Source: Pseudomonadota bacterium
Lineage (GTDB): Bacteria > Desulfobacterota > QYQD01
Direction: 5' to 3'
DNA length: 62,958 nucleotides
Assembly (NCBI GenBank): GCA_011046395.1
Contig: DSAQ01000150.1
Coordinates: forward strand, 1-62,958
The notes beneath the pieces were generated by a model, which saw only the letters and a list, made by a program, of their open reading frames with translations, was not told the DNA's origin and made no database searches. A program made the translations under genes and the position numbers. Shown here one piece after another: positions 1-10,271 of the stretch (the stretch's first letter is position 1; the number at the start of each line of letters is the position of its first letter).

Positions 1-158
1 GATTTGCTTGTCACAAATCTCCATACCAGAAAAGAGAACAGGATGCTTTTTTTATGGCTTCATATTACAGTGGTTACACTATCAATACCTAAAACGGACC
101 CACAAATTCTGCGGAGGAACCGGTTAACTTTATAGACAGATCCGTCAAGCCAAACTAC

Positions 159-1274
159 ATGGCCAATCTCCTCGAGATCGGCGGCAGAATATCAGGCCTC
201 TCATCCGAGGAGAATAAACTGGCGGATGTTGTCGTCAGGAGCAAGCTTGAGAACTATGCACCACTCGAGATCACGGGCAAGATAAACCCGCTGAAGGAAG
301 ACCTGTATGTTGATCTAAAGGTGGACTTTAAGGATATTGACATGGGCCCCTTCACCCCTTATTCAGGAAAACACATAGGATATACAATAGAGAAGGGAAA
401 ACTGTTTCTTAATCTGCAGTACCTGATAGTAAAGAGGAAACTTGATTCCCAGAATCATATTTTCCTTGACCAGTTTACAGTCGGCAACAAGGTTGAAAGT
501 CCCGATGCCATAAAGCTGCCTGTTAAGCTTGCGATCGCCCTTCTTAAAAACAGAAAGGGGGAAATAAGTCTCGACATCCCTGTTACCGGGTCGCTCGATG
601 ATCCGAAATTCAGCGTCGGCAGGATAATAATAAAAATTATTCTGAATATCCTCGAAAAGGCGGCCACGGCTCCTTTCGCACTCCTCGGGGCGATTTTCGG
701 AGGAGGGGAGGAACTCAGTTACGTGGAGTTCGATTACGGCAGTCCCGATATAAGCGAACATGAAATCAAAAAACTTGACACTCTGGTCAAGGCATTATAT
801 GAGAGGCCGTCGCTGAAACTTGAAATAACAGGACACGTGGACACCGAGAAGGACAGAGAAGGGCTGAGAAAGTATATTTTCGATAAAAAGATAAAGGCGC
901 AAAAATTAAAAAACATGATTAAAGAAGGGCAGACAGCGATATCTGTAGATGAGATCAAGATAGAGGAGTCCGAATATTCGAAATATCTGAAGAAGGCGTA
1001 TAAAAACGAGAAGTTTCCAAAGCCCAGGAATATCATCGGCATCGCCAAAGACCTGCCTGTGCCCGAGATGGAAAAGTTGATGTTTACGCATATCGAAGTG
1101 AAAGATGATGACCTCCGGCTGTTAGCCTCACAACGTGCGTTGAAGGTTAAGGATTACATCTTGAAATCCAATCAGATCGAACAGGAAAAGATTTTTCTGG
1201 TCGAGCCAAAGGATCTTCAGCCGGAGGAGAAGGAATCATTAAAAAACAGCCGGGTTGACTTTAAGCTTAAATGA
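159..1274 (+). CDS. DUF748/AsmA-like envelope protein, C-terminal portion (5' part upstream, possibly frameshifted)
   Basis: 371-aa track ORF. 'PVTGSLDDPKFSVGRIII' and 'FALLGAIFGGGEELSYVEFDYGS' look like DUF748-type segments, and 'LEITGHVDTEKD' resembles an OmpA-like segment. Protein-like sequence (PVNFIDRSVKPNY) continues upstream of the Met to an in-frame TAA at 90-92. Frame 1 is open from base 1 to 132. Confidence 0.55.
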   Translation: MANLLEIGGRISGLSSEENKLADVVVRSKLENYAPLEITGKINPLKEDLYVDLKVDFKDIDMGPFTPYSGKHIGYTIEKGKLFLNLQYLIVKRKLDSQNHIFLDQFTVGNKVESPDAIKLPVKLAIALLKNRKGEISLDIPVTGSLDDPKFSVGRIIIKIILNILEKAATAPFALLGAIFGGGEELSYVEFDYGSPDISEHEIKKLDTLVKALYERPSLKLEITGHVDTEKDREGLRKYIFDKKIKAQKLKNMIKEGQTAISVDEIKIEESEYSKYLKKAYKNEKFPKPRNIIGIAKDLPVPEMEKLMFTHIEVKDDDLRLLASQRALKVKDYILKSNQIEQEKIFLVEPKDLQPEEKESLKNSRVDFKLK

Positions 1275-1396
1275 TTGGTACTTGTCGGTCACATACCGTT
1301 AAATAGCACCGGACCCCATTCTCCTTGCCAAACCCTCTCGCTTAATGGTATCCTTGCCGGAATTTTTGATTTCCCTTATTCTCATAAATTAGGCGT

Positions 1397-2746
1397 ATGC
1401 TGGCAACTCTGCGCGATAAACAGATCTTCGGCTGGGCAATGTATGACTTTGCTAATTCTGCCTTTGCCACCACTATCCTGGCGGTGATTTTTAATAAATA
1501 TTTTGCCCTGGAGGTAGCCGGGGGAGAAAGGGGAATCTTCATCGCCGGGCTACATATCCATGGGGCGACACTTTTCGCCATTATCGTATCGCTTAGTATG
1601 GCTATCTCCGCCCTCACCGCTCCCATCCTGGGCGCGATAGCCGATTTTTCACAACGCAAAAAGGCATTCCTGGCCGGATTCTGCTATACCGGGATTATAT
1701 TTACCGCCCTCCTGTACCTGGTGCAGCCCGGAGATGTCTGGTCAGGGGCGTTCTTTTTCATCATGGCCAATATCGGGTTTTCCGGCGGCAACGCCTTTTA
1801 CAATGCCTTTCTGCCACAGATGACTACGCCCGCCAATGTCGGCCGCGTCTCCGGCCTGGGATGGGCCTTCGGCTACATAGGAGGCGCCGCCCTATTGCTT
1901 ATAAACCTCTTTATGCTGAACGGCCTCTATATCCCCGGAGCAGGCCGTATAACATTTACCGTACCGGCCTGTTTTCTCTCCGTAGCAATCTGGTGGGCAT
2001 TGTTTTCCTTGCCCACCTTTCTATGGGTTCGAGAGAAGAAAACGGATAAGAAGGGGGTTAAAGACAGGAGTTACGCGGCTATCGGCCTCGCCCGGGTAAA
2101 ACGCACCCTCTCCCGGATCAAAAAGTTCCGCGAATTATCCTTATTTCTCATCGCCTTCCTATTCTATAATGACGGCATAGAAACCGTCGTTGTTATGACC
2201 TCCGTCTTTGCCGCCGAGGTAGTGGGGATGCAGACCCGGGAGATCATCTTTCTCTTTCTTTTTATCCAGGCAGTGGCCTTTATCGGCGCTATATTCTTCG
2301 GCTATGTCAGCGATCGTCTGGGCCACAAACGAACCATACTCTGCACCCTCTTTATCTGGGTGATAGCCGTAATCTGGGCCTTTTTTCTGGGATGGCTTCT
2401 GGAAGCACGGCGAGAATTCTGGATTATCTGTTTTCTAGCCGGGCTGGTGCTGGGAGGAAGTCAGGCGGCATCCCGCGCCTTACAAGGCATCCTTACCCCT
2501 GTCTCACACGCAGCGGAATTCTTCGGGTTCTTTGCTATCTCAGGCCGTTTTGCCTCTATTTTCGGCCCGCTATCTTACGGCCTTCTGATCTACCTTACCG
2601 GAAGCCTGCGTTGGGGGATATTGTCCGTGGCTGTCTTCTTTATCATCGGGGCCATCATATTGTTACAGGTAGATGAAAAAGCGGGGATGGCGGAAAAGGC
2701 AGGTTATGAAGAACAATTATCCTCTAATATGGGAATAACTTCGTGA
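1397..2746 (+). CDS. MFS transporter, UMF1/Atg22-like family
   Basis: 449 aa with about 12 hydrophobic segments. The N-terminal 'WAMYDFANSAFATTILAVIFNKYF' is the characteristic start of UMF1-type MFS permeases. Confidence 0.75.
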   Translation: MLATLRDKQIFGWAMYDFANSAFATTILAVIFNKYFALEVAGGERGIFIAGLHIHGATLFAIIVSLSMAISALTAPILGAIADFSQRKKAFLAGFCYTGIIFTALLYLVQPGDVWSGAFFFIMANIGFSGGNAFYNAFLPQMTTPANVGRVSGLGWAFGYIGGAALLLINLFMLNGLYIPGAGRITFTVPACFLSVAIWWALFSLPTFLWVREKKTDKKGVKDRSYAAIGLARVKRTLSRIKKFRELSLFLIAFLFYNDGIETVVVMTSVFAAEVVGMQTREIIFLFLFIQAVAFIGAIFFGYVSDRLGHKRTILCTLFIWVIAVIWAFFLGWLLEARREFWIICFLAGLVLGGSQAASRALQGILTPVSHAAEFFGFFAISGRFASIFGPLSYGLLIYLTGSLRWGILSVAVFFIIGAIILLQVDEKAGMAEKAGYEEQLSSNMGITS

Positions 2747-3327
2747 AAACTATCCACATGATAGGCCGCCGTTAACCCTTTATTCTTGTAGGCTACAAGG
2801 CTTATACCGGCGGTGCGGGCCGCCTTTTCATCCAACTCTGAATCACCGATATAAATAACCTCTTGAGGAAAGACCTTAAACCTGTCCATTATCTTCAGCA
2901 GGGGTTCGGGATGTGGTTTGGAATTGGCGACATCCAGGGCTGAAACCACCATATCAAAATAACCCTTGAGCTCAAAAATATCGAGGAGCTTATTCATGGT
3001 TGTGGTCCGATTGGTGGCAATAGCCACCCGGTACTTCGGTTTCAGATACCTTAAAAACTCCTTCAATCCGGGCTCCATTATCATCAGGGGAAGAAATGGG
3101 GTATAATCCGTGTTAAGCCGATACTGCTGCGCTGACTCCAGTTCTTCCCTGCCTCGAAAAAGATGGGCTATAGAGTCATCGGCCGTGTGCATGTGTACAT
3201 AAAATAGTTCCTCTTCGGTCATCTCTTTACGTCCGAAGGCCGCCAGTATATGATTATAAAAGGCCCGGTTGGCCTCCCGGGAATCAAACATGACCCCGTC
3301 GCAGTCAAACACAACTACCTTAATCAT
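2704..3327 (-). CDS. HAD-superfamily hydrolase (phosphoglycolate phosphatase-like)
   Basis: 'VVFDCDGVMFDS' (DxD motif I), 'VAIATNR' (motif II) and 'IYIGDSELD' (motif IV). 207 aa. Its 3' end overlaps the convergent MFS gene by 43 bp. Confidence 0.8.
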   Translation of the reverse strand: MIKVVVFDCDGVMFDSREANRAFYNHILAAFGRKEMTEEELFYVHMHTADDSIAHLFRGREELESAQQYRLNTDYTPFLPLMIMEPGLKEFLRYLKPKYRVAIATNRTTTMNKLLDIFELKGYFDMVVSALDVANSKPHPEPLLKIMDRFKVFPQEVIYIGDSELDEKAARTAGISLVAYKNKGLTAAYHVDSFHEVIPILEDNCSS

Positions 3328-3456
3328 AACTCTGCATCACCCTCTAGATGGAATAAGCTTGTTAGGCTTGCTAAAAATAATAGATTGCCCTATGATACCC
3401 AAATTTGGAATAATAGCAATAATCGATTGCTTCACAAATACCATGGGGAGATTTAA

Positions 3457-5067
3457 GTGGAAATTAAAACTGATTTTTTAGTCATCGGCAGTGGCATTGC
3501 CGGACTTAGCTTTGCCTTGAAGGCGGCACGTTATGGTGAGGTAACAATCGTCACCAAAAAGGCCATGGTGGATACCAGCACCAATCTCGCCCAGGGAGGG
3601 ATTGCTGCGGTCACAGGCCCGGACGACTCCTTTGAACTGCATATTGCAGATACCCTGCGCTCGGGAGATGGCCTATCTCGTCCGGATGTAGTGGGGCTGG
3701 TCGTAAAGGAAGCCCCGGAAAGGATCAAAGAGTTAGTGGATATCGGGGTACAATTTACTACACGGCCGGAAAACCAGACACACTTTGACCTGGGTAAGGA
3801 AGGTGGTCACTCCCGCCGGCGTATCGTCCATGCCCAGGATCTTACCGGACAGGAGATCGAACGGGCCCTTGTAGCCAGGACCAGAGAAAATCCGCGCATC
3901 ACCATCTATGAAAACCATGTTGCTATCGACCTCCTGACCAGGGGCAAACTGTTAAAGAAAAAAGGTAAAGACAACCAGGAGACCTGCTTTGGGGCCTACG
4001 TTCTGGACACCCAAACAGGTTCAATCCATACCTTCCTGGCCAGGATAACCCTCCTCTGCACGGGCGGGGCCGGAAAGGTTTACCTTTACACCAGCAATCC
4101 AGACATCGCTACGGGTGACGGCATGGCCATGGCCTACCGGGCTGGAGCCAGGATGGCCAACATGGAATTTGTTCAATTTCATCCCACCTGCCTCTATCAC
4201 CCTAAGGCCAAAAACTTTCTTATCTCAGAGGCCGTCCGGGGCGAAGGAGGAATCCTGATTGATAAACACGGACGGGCCTTTATGGAAAAATATGATCTTC
4301 TAAAAGACCTGGCCTTGCGGGATGCTGTAGCCCGCGCTATAGATGCCGAGCTCAAGAAGAGCGGCGATGATTGCGTCTATCTGGATATTAGTCATCGCCC
4401 GGCAGATTTTATTAAAAATCGTTTCCCCAATATTTACCAGAAATGTCTCTCCCTGGGCATTGACATCACCGGAGAGCCCATTCCGGTTGTACCCGCCGCC
4501 CATTACATGTGTGGAGGTATATTAACCGATATTTATGCCCGCAGCAGTATCGCCGGTCTTTATGCCATAGGCGAGACCGCCTGCACTGGGCTCCATGGGG
4601 CAAATCGCCTGGCTTCTAATTCTCTTCTGGAAGCGGTCGTCTTTGCCCATCAGGCCTTACTTTCATCCATCGAAGAGATAGGGCCTAAATCTTCTTATAC
4701 TCCGCCTTCAGTTCCGCCCTGGGATCCGGGTGGAGCCGTTGACCTGCAGGAATCGGTACTTATATCTCACAACTGGGACGGGATACGCCGTCTCATGTGG
4801 AACTATGTAGGCATTGTGCGGACAGACAAACGCCTGGCCCTGGCCCAAAAACGTCTCGATTTTATGCAAAAAGAGATACAGCAACATTACTGGGATTACA
4901 TAATAACCGGGGATTTCTTAGAACTGCGCAACCTGGCCACTGTAGCCGAATTGATCGTCACCTGTGCCCTCCTGCGTAAGGAAAGCCGGGGGCTACATTA
5001 TAACCTTGACCACCTCTCCAAAGACGACGCCCATTATAAGAAAGACACCATAATCTGGCGGCAATAA
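3457..5067 (+). CDS. nadB: L-aspartate oxidase
   Basis: 536 aa. '[13 protein letters not shown]' FAD fold, '[14 protein letters not shown]' and '[21 protein letters not shown]' are typical of NadB within the fumarate reductase/succinate dehydrogenase flavoprotein family. Confidence 0.9.
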   Translation: MEIKTDFLVIGSGIAGLSFALKAARYGEVTIVTKKAMVDTSTNLAQGGIAAVTGPDDSFELHIADTLRSGDGLSRPDVVGLVVKEAPERIKELVDIGVQFTTRPENQTHFDLGKEGGHSRRRIVHAQDLTGQEIERALVARTRENPRITIYENHVAIDLLTRGKLLKKKGKDNQETCFGAYVLDTQTGSIHTFLARITLLCTGGAGKVYLYTSNPDIATGDGMAMAYRAGARMANMEFVQFHPTCLYHPKAKNFLISEAVRGEGGILIDKHGRAFMEKYDLLKDLALRDAVARAIDAELKKSGDDCVYLDISHRPADFIKNRFPNIYQKCLSLGIDITGEPIPVVPAAHYMCGGILTDIYARSSIAGLYAIGETACTGLHGANRLASNSLLEAVVFAHQALLSSIEEIGPKSSYTPPSVPPWDPGGAVDLQESVLISHNWDGIRRLMWNYVGIVRTDKRLALAQKRLDFMQKEIQQHYWDYIITGDFLELRNLATVAELIVTCALLRKESRGLHYNLDHLSKDDAHYKKDTIIWRQ

Positions 5068-5083
5068 CCGCCAGGCACAAAAA

Positions 5084-5113
5084 AGGCCTGCTTTATTGAT
5101 ATAAAGCAGGCCT
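5084..5113. terminator. Hairpin between convergent nadB and qrcD-like genes
   Basis: Perfect 13-bp inverted repeat AGGCCTGCTTTAT / ATAAAGCAGGCCT with loop TGAT. The A-run CACAAAAAA on the left gives a T-tract for the minus-strand transcript. Confidence 0.7.
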
Positions 5114-5141
5114 CCTGCATACTTAAAAGATTTATAAATTT

Positions 5142-6380
5142 CTATCTGGCCGGCGGATTTAAATCCCTTTCATACGGGAATACCGGCAGGTAACGATAGG
5201 AAAGGGAGATAATTACGGCGCCATAAGCAATTACGGCCATCGAGGTCACCCATTCCTGCCAGCTCGGGAAGTAAATATACCATTTGTCAAATGGAAGCAC
5301 AGGCATAGCCAGCGTCTGCACAGTAAAGATAAAGCGGTTAAGAACCACACCAAACGAAGCCAGGGCGCAGGCAAGTACCAGCCATTTATCATTCTCACGC
5401 AGGCGGCGAGTAATAAGGATAATAGCCGGGATTACACCACACAATCCAATCTCTACATACGGCAGCCACATACCATACTGGTATCCATGGTACTGCTGGG
5501 CAAAGGTAAGCCCTCTCGCCGGGAGGATATGAGTAGCCCAGTAATACGTATCCGCTATCTTTACGATCACGTAACCACAAAGCAAACAACCGGCTATCTT
5601 GGCCAGAACGGAAAGCGACTCCCGGGGTACAAGCCGTTTTTTGGTCACCTTTTGTAAGATCATGGTGATGAGAATGGTAAACGTTGGTCCGGTAGAAATC
5701 GCCGAGAAGATAAAGAGGAAGAATGTCCACGGCCAGACAAAAAAGCCTTCGCGGAAGGCAAACGGCCGGGCATACATTACACCATACATGCCGCCCAAAG
5801 AACCCTGGTGGAAGAAAGAAAGAAATGTACCTATGGCCGCAAAGATGGCCATGGCCTCATGAAAATTGTGGCTCAGGGTATGCGCCACCGGGTTAGCGTA
5901 GATTTTCCGGTTTTCGAGGATTAAGGGTACGTACTCAATAGTCAGAACCGTAAAGTACAGGGTGATGCAAAAGATAACTTCGGTCAGCATGGAGTGGATG
6001 TTGGGGAACCAGTAACCGAACCAACACCGAAGCGGCTGGCCGATATCCAGGATCAATATCAACAGAGCGCTACTGTAACAGATGAACCCAATGATAACGG
6101 CAAAGTTAATGAGGGCCTTAAGTTCCTTTATCCGTACCACGTAGGTAAGAAATCCGCTGAAAAAGGCCCCGGCTCCAAGGGCGATTACCCCCAAATCTGC
6201 AGTGATCCAGGCGCCAAAGCCGAAGTAATCATTCATATTCGTCTGATTCAGGCCCTTCCAGAGTATCAACAGGGCTGTAGTTACGGCAGCACCCAGCACG
6301 AACAACCAAAGCGCCATCCATGAATAAAAGGCCCCGGCGCTACACCTTTGAACCCCTTCTGGTATCCATGCACGATCCAT
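5142..6380 (-). CDS. qrcD: NrfD/PsrC-family integral membrane quinone-interacting subunit (QrcD-like)
   Basis: 412 aa polytopic membrane protein, last gene of a cytochrome c / molybdopterin-family / 4x[4Fe-4S] / NrfD operon. Sizes and order match qrcABCD of sulfate reducers. Confidence 0.7.
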   Translation of the reverse strand: MDRAWIPEGVQRCSAGAFYSWMALWLFVLGAAVTTALLILWKGLNQTNMNDYFGFGAWITADLGVIALGAGAFFSGFLTYVVRIKELKALINFAVIIGFICYSSALLILILDIGQPLRCWFGYWFPNIHSMLTEVIFCITLYFTVLTIEYVPLILENRKIYANPVAHTLSHNFHEAMAIFAAIGTFLSFFHQGSLGGMYGVMYARPFAFREGFFVWPWTFFLFIFSAISTGPTFTILITMILQKVTKKRLVPRESLSVLAKIAGCLLCGYVIVKIADTYYWATHILPARGLTFAQQYHGYQYGMWLPYVEIGLCGVIPAIILITRRLRENDKWLVLACALASFGVVLNRFIFTVQTLAMPVLPFDKWYIYFPSWQEWVTSMAVIAYGAVIISLSYRYLPVFPYERDLNPPAR

Positions 6381-6426
6381 ATACTTCCCCTCTTTTCAAC
6401 CAAAATTAAGGATTTAATTCTTGTTT

Positions 6427-7203
6427 TTAAGCCAGTCCGCCTCTCTTTTTTCTCCCCAACGCATTATCCCCTAATTCTCTGATCCAGGACTCATTGCTCA
6501 AATAATAGACCTTCGGCTGAGTGCCCAGCTTCTCGAGCAGCCGGAAAGCCCCTGGACTTTTAATAAGTTTGGCTATAGCGCTTTCCGGATCTTTCATGTT
6601 TCCGAAGGTAATCGCCCTGGTGGGACAGGCCTCAGCGCAGGCGGTCACATATTCGCCATCCTTCAGTTCCTTCCGGCCTTCCACGTAGGCTTTATCTTTG
6701 GCCTTTTGTAGCCGGTGATTGCAAAAGCTGCATTTTTCCGCCACACCGCGCATACGCGGGGACATATCCGGGTTCAATAACTTATGCATGCCTTCCGGCC
6801 ATACCGGATCCCACCAGTTGAAATATCGGGCATGGTAAGGGCAGGCCCCCACACAATACCGGCAACCTATACATCTGGTGTAAATCTGGCTGACAATGCC
6901 GGTTAACGGATTGTAGTCTGTAGCCATTACCGGACACACTGAAACACACGGTGTATGGTGATCGCAGTGCATACAGGGCCGAGGGATGAAAGCCACCTTT
7001 GTATTTGGAAACGGCTCCCCGTTTGTTACCTTATAGACCTTCATCCAGGTAACACTATGGAGTTTGTCCGACTCATCTTCCCGAACGTAATGGTTATTTT
7101 CTGAAAGACAGGCTACCGTACATGCGCCACAGCCCGTACACTTATCCAGGTCAATAACCATGCCGTATTTTTCTTTGCTGGCGACCTCTTGATGCTCACT
7201 CAT
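6427..7203 (-). CDS. qrcC: 4x[4Fe-4S] ferredoxin-type subunit (QrcC-like)
   Basis: 258 aa with four Cys clusters (CTGCGACTVAC, CMHCDHHTPCVSVCP, CIGCRYCVGACP, CSFCNHR...CAEACP), as in PsrB/DmsB/QrcC-type electron-transfer subunits. Confidence 0.8.
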   Translation of the reverse strand: MSEHQEVASKEKYGMVIDLDKCTGCGACTVACLSENNHYVREDESDKLHSVTWMKVYKVTNGEPFPNTKVAFIPRPCMHCDHHTPCVSVCPVMATDYNPLTGIVSQIYTRCIGCRYCVGACPYHARYFNWWDPVWPEGMHKLLNPDMSPRMRGVAEKCSFCNHRLQKAKDKAYVEGRKELKDGEYVTACAEACPTRAITFGNMKDPESAIAKLIKSPGAFRLLEKLGTQPKVYYLSNESWIRELGDNALGRKKRGGLA

Positions 7204-7212
7204 ATCTCAACC

Positions 7213-9537
7213 TCATACTTTTATAAGTTTAGCCCGCGTTCCCCACCACACAGCCAGGCCAGTCACCGGGTCTAATTCCGGCTCGAGTACCTCATAGGCA
7301 TTAACGCCTTTTCCAGTCAAAAACGGGTCATCATTGCTATGCCCCAGTCCGAGGGGGATGCCGATAACATCCGGCATCATACCCACATCCATGTGAACAC
7401 GAACTGATAATCTTCCGCTAGGACATTGAACTGTGGCCGCATCCCCTTCAACCAGTCTCAACCGGCCGGCCGTCTCTGGATTTACCCGAACCAAAAGGTC
7501 GTGCTTCTGAAGGACAGTGTTATCGATATTTTTCGTTAGATAGGGTAGCGTGTCCACTGCTCTGCGGTTTGCTATATTGATATTTTCATAAGCCACTAAA
7601 AGCATCGGATACTCTCGAGAAGCCTTCATCCAGCTTACCGGCTCAAGGCGCGGTGTCCGGCCCTGAGGATTAAATGTAAGCCCCCCGCCTCCAAATATCG
7701 GCTCTTCATACCAGCACTTCCCGGCATTGAGACCTTCCCAGAGTTCATCTGACGAGCCGAGCATGGCCACTTCCTGATCTCCGATCCGGCCTCGTCTGGA
7801 GGCAAAAATCCCCCCGACTTTTTCCTTAAGCAAGGCCTCGAAGTTATCCCAGGGCAGCGAGCTACCGACGCTTCCGCCCATGGCCCTGGCTAAGGTCAGG
7901 AAGACATCTCCGGGGTGCCTGGCCTCGGGTACATTAGCCAAAACGGGCCGGGTCAAACTCATGGAGGCGTAAGGAACCCGGGCCGCCGAAGTTACATCCT
8001 CCAGCCTTTCCAGATAAGAAGCAACCGGCAAAACAATATCTGCCGAGCGGGCAGTTTCATTCATACAACTCGTAAGGGCCAACACGAAGGGCACTTTCGC
8101 CACCGCTTCCTCGAACTTACGGGCCCTGGGCAGCGCATAGCACGGATTGGCCTCGTGGACTACCAGGGCATTAACCGCGCCACTCTTAAGCGCTGCGGTC
8201 AAGTTATGTGCCATGGAAACGCCATGCTTAATCTCGCCGCCTTCCCCATCGATCCGGGGCTGGGAGAGTCCCTGCAGGGCTACCGCATCTGTTGCCAGCG
8301 CCGGCCAAGCCTTAAACGGCACCTCCCGCTGCATAACCACCCCGCCCCTTGCCCCAATACTACCCACCAGGGCGTTGAGGCTATAGATGCTCATAAATTC
8401 TGCCAGATTACCGGACATCACTCCCTGGCCGCGGCCATAGACCGCAACCGCAGGCTTCGTCACGGCAAATGCACGCGCCGTGGTGGCGATAACGGCCGCC
8501 GGAATTCCCGTTATCTCCGAGACCTTACGGGGGTTATATTCACTCTCAAGGAGCGCCTTGAATCCTTCAAATCCCTGGCAACGTGCGATGCCTGACCGGT
8601 CATATAACCCTTCCGTAACGATGACGTTAGCCATGCCCAAGGCCAGAGCAGCCTCAGCCCCCGGTTTTACCGCCAGCCATTTATCCGCCTTGGAGGCAGT
8701 AATGGAACAGTTTGGTTCTATCTGGACCAGGGTATGCTCGTTCGCCTCCTGCCATTTTCCAAACACCATCATGTTATGGACCGGGGCGCCCCAGCCCTCC
8801 AGCAATGCCGCCCCAAAGGACAAGACGTACTTGCTGTTTTCCAGGTCATAGGCCAAAGGCCCGCCTGTTCCCTGCATCAATGACAGGCCTACGGTCTCAA
8901 CGTCCTCCTGTGAGGGCATAGTAATTACATTGGGAGAACCATAGGCACGGAAGAACCGGTCTATTAATTCTGCCGTCAGTCCTTTCTTGTTATCCAGGAT
9001 ACAGGCTACTGTATGCGGATTACCGGCTTCCCGTATTTCCCTTAATTTTCCATTTACTATATTAAGGGCCTCATCCCAGGTAATCTTTTCCCAGGCGGCC
9101 TCGCCTTCTCCCCTGGGATTTGTCCTCTTAAGCGGGGTGGTTACACGGTTTGTCCCGTATAAGAGCTGTAAGCCGGCTGCTCCCAGCGGGCAAATCCCTC
9201 CGCGGTTTACCGGGTGGTCAGGGTTACCGGCAATCTTAACCGCCCGCAGCGGCACTGCCGGAAGCCTGCGCCTTTGTATAAATTCTTTATGATGCCAGCC
9301 TCGCCACTCATCGCGGCCCGACTTGTCCTCAACCAGCCGTAAGGTTATCCCGCAGCCTCCCGGGCAAAGCCGGCAGGTACTATGGACAAATGAAGATGGC
9401 CCCTTAGCCGGCTCCGGGGCCCAGAGGTCGGTAAATTTAGCCGACTCGTCGATCAGGTCCCAGGGTATAGGCGTGGCCAGGGTTCCTATCGCACCCCCGA
9501 CAGCAAATTTCAGGAATCCTCTCCGATCTAATTTCAT
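7213..9537 (-). CDS. qrcB: Molybdopterin-oxidoreductase-family periplasmic subunit with Tat leader (QrcB-like)
   Basis: 774 aa. Twin-arginine leader 'MKLDRRGFLKF', an N-terminal 'CRLCPGGCG ... ICPLG' FeS-type motif, and MopB-family length and layout. Confidence 0.75.
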   Translation of the reverse strand: MKLDRRGFLKFAVGGAIGTLATPIPWDLIDESAKFTDLWAPEPAKGPSSFVHSTCRLCPGGCGITLRLVEDKSGRDEWRGWHHKEFIQRRRLPAVPLRAVKIAGNPDHPVNRGGICPLGAAGLQLLYGTNRVTTPLKRTNPRGEGEAAWEKITWDEALNIVNGKLREIREAGNPHTVACILDNKKGLTAELIDRFFRAYGSPNVITMPSQEDVETVGLSLMQGTGGPLAYDLENSKYVLSFGAALLEGWGAPVHNMMVFGKWQEANEHTLVQIEPNCSITASKADKWLAVKPGAEAALALGMANVIVTEGLYDRSGIARCQGFEGFKALLESEYNPRKVSEITGIPAAVIATTARAFAVTKPAVAVYGRGQGVMSGNLAEFMSIYSLNALVGSIGARGGVVMQREVPFKAWPALATDAVALQGLSQPRIDGEGGEIKHGVSMAHNLTAALKSGAVNALVVHEANPCYALPRARKFEEAVAKVPFVLALTSCMNETARSADIVLPVASYLERLEDVTSAARVPYASMSLTRPVLANVPEARHPGDVFLTLARAMGGSVGSSLPWDNFEALLKEKVGGIFASRRGRIGDQEVAMLGSSDELWEGLNAGKCWYEEPIFGGGGLTFNPQGRTPRLEPVSWMKASREYPMLLVAYENINIANRRAVDTLPYLTKNIDNTVLQKHDLLVRVNPETAGRLRLVEGDAATVQCPSGRLSVRVHMDVGMMPDVIGIPLGLGHSNDDPFLTGKGVNAYEVLEPELDPVTGLAVWWGTRAKLIKV

Positions 9538-9581
9538 AGGTTAACCCTCTTTAAGACTTTTGGTTAAACAAGCTCCCGATA

Positions 9582-10181
9582 TCATTTATGACACACAAAG
9601 CAGGCGTTGCTTGTACCCTTTTGGGCGTGACAATCCTCACACGCTTCCATGGACATGGTATTCTTGCTATAGCCGGATATTCTATAGACCTTTACCGGAG
9701 GACTGCTGCTGGATTTGCTCATATCCTCATGGCATGTTGTGCATTCCAGTTGAGCCATCTTGACATGGGCGGCATGGGAAAAGAAGACACACAATGGCTG
9801 ATAGGAATAACTAAGCCACGGTATCTCCTTGTTGGGCGTAATATATTGTTCGACCAGCTTGGCCTCATCCGGACTCTCACCCTGCGCTGATTCATGGCAC
9901 TGGATACAGTTATCCAGTTTGGGGATGCCGGCAAAGCTGCCATCTTCACGAAATGTATGGCAACCGTCACAGGCTAACCCCGCTCCTTCTGCACCGTGTG
10001 CCTTATGATTGAAGTTAATGGGTTGAGGCTTCGAAGACATGACAATAGCCGGATAAAGAAGCCAGCCAACCACAATGGCTACTACAAAACCAGCAGCCAG
10101 CATACCTAACCCCCCGCTGGCCTGCTTGTGTCCCCCTTCTCTTCCTCCCGTCGGTACGTGCTCTTCAGACATCTCGGTCAA
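9582..10181 (-). CDS. qrcA: Membrane-anchored multihaem cytochrome c (QrcA-like)
   Basis: One N-terminal hydrophobic anchor and five CxxCH motifs (CDGCH, CIQCH, CTTCH, CEDCH, CFVCH). The track start is TTG at 10181. An ATG at 10172 with a GGGGGAGG RBS is more likely. Confidence 0.75.
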   Translation of the reverse strand: MTEMSEEHVPTGGREGGHKQASGGLGMLAAGFVVAIVVGWLLYPAIVMSSKPQPINFNHKAHGAEGAGLACDGCHTFREDGSFAGIPKLDNCIQCHESAQGESPDEAKLVEQYITPNKEIPWLSYSYQPLCVFFSHAAHVKMAQLECTTCHEDMSKSSSSPPVKVYRISGYSKNTMSMEACEDCHAQKGTSNACFVCHK

Positions 10182-10271
10182 GCCTCCCCCTTATACCTTT
10201 AGCTGCGACTCTTTTATAACCATCATTTATATTTGTCAAGCGAAATTTGAATGAGGCTTCATTTCGTAACC

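Noticed and set aside
7213-9537. Selenocysteine recoding or a split gene in the molybdopterin-family subunit
   Set aside because: The ORF is continuous from the Tat leader to the C-terminus with no in-frame TGA gap. Nothing suggests a SECIS-dependent read-through.
10182-10271. Sigma-70 promoter for the qrc-like operon (minus-strand TTGACA at 10239-10234)
   Set aside because: The best -10 candidates (TATAAA, ATAAAA, TAAAAG) sit at 15-17-nt spacings with poor matches. It is plausible but too weak to list as a feature.
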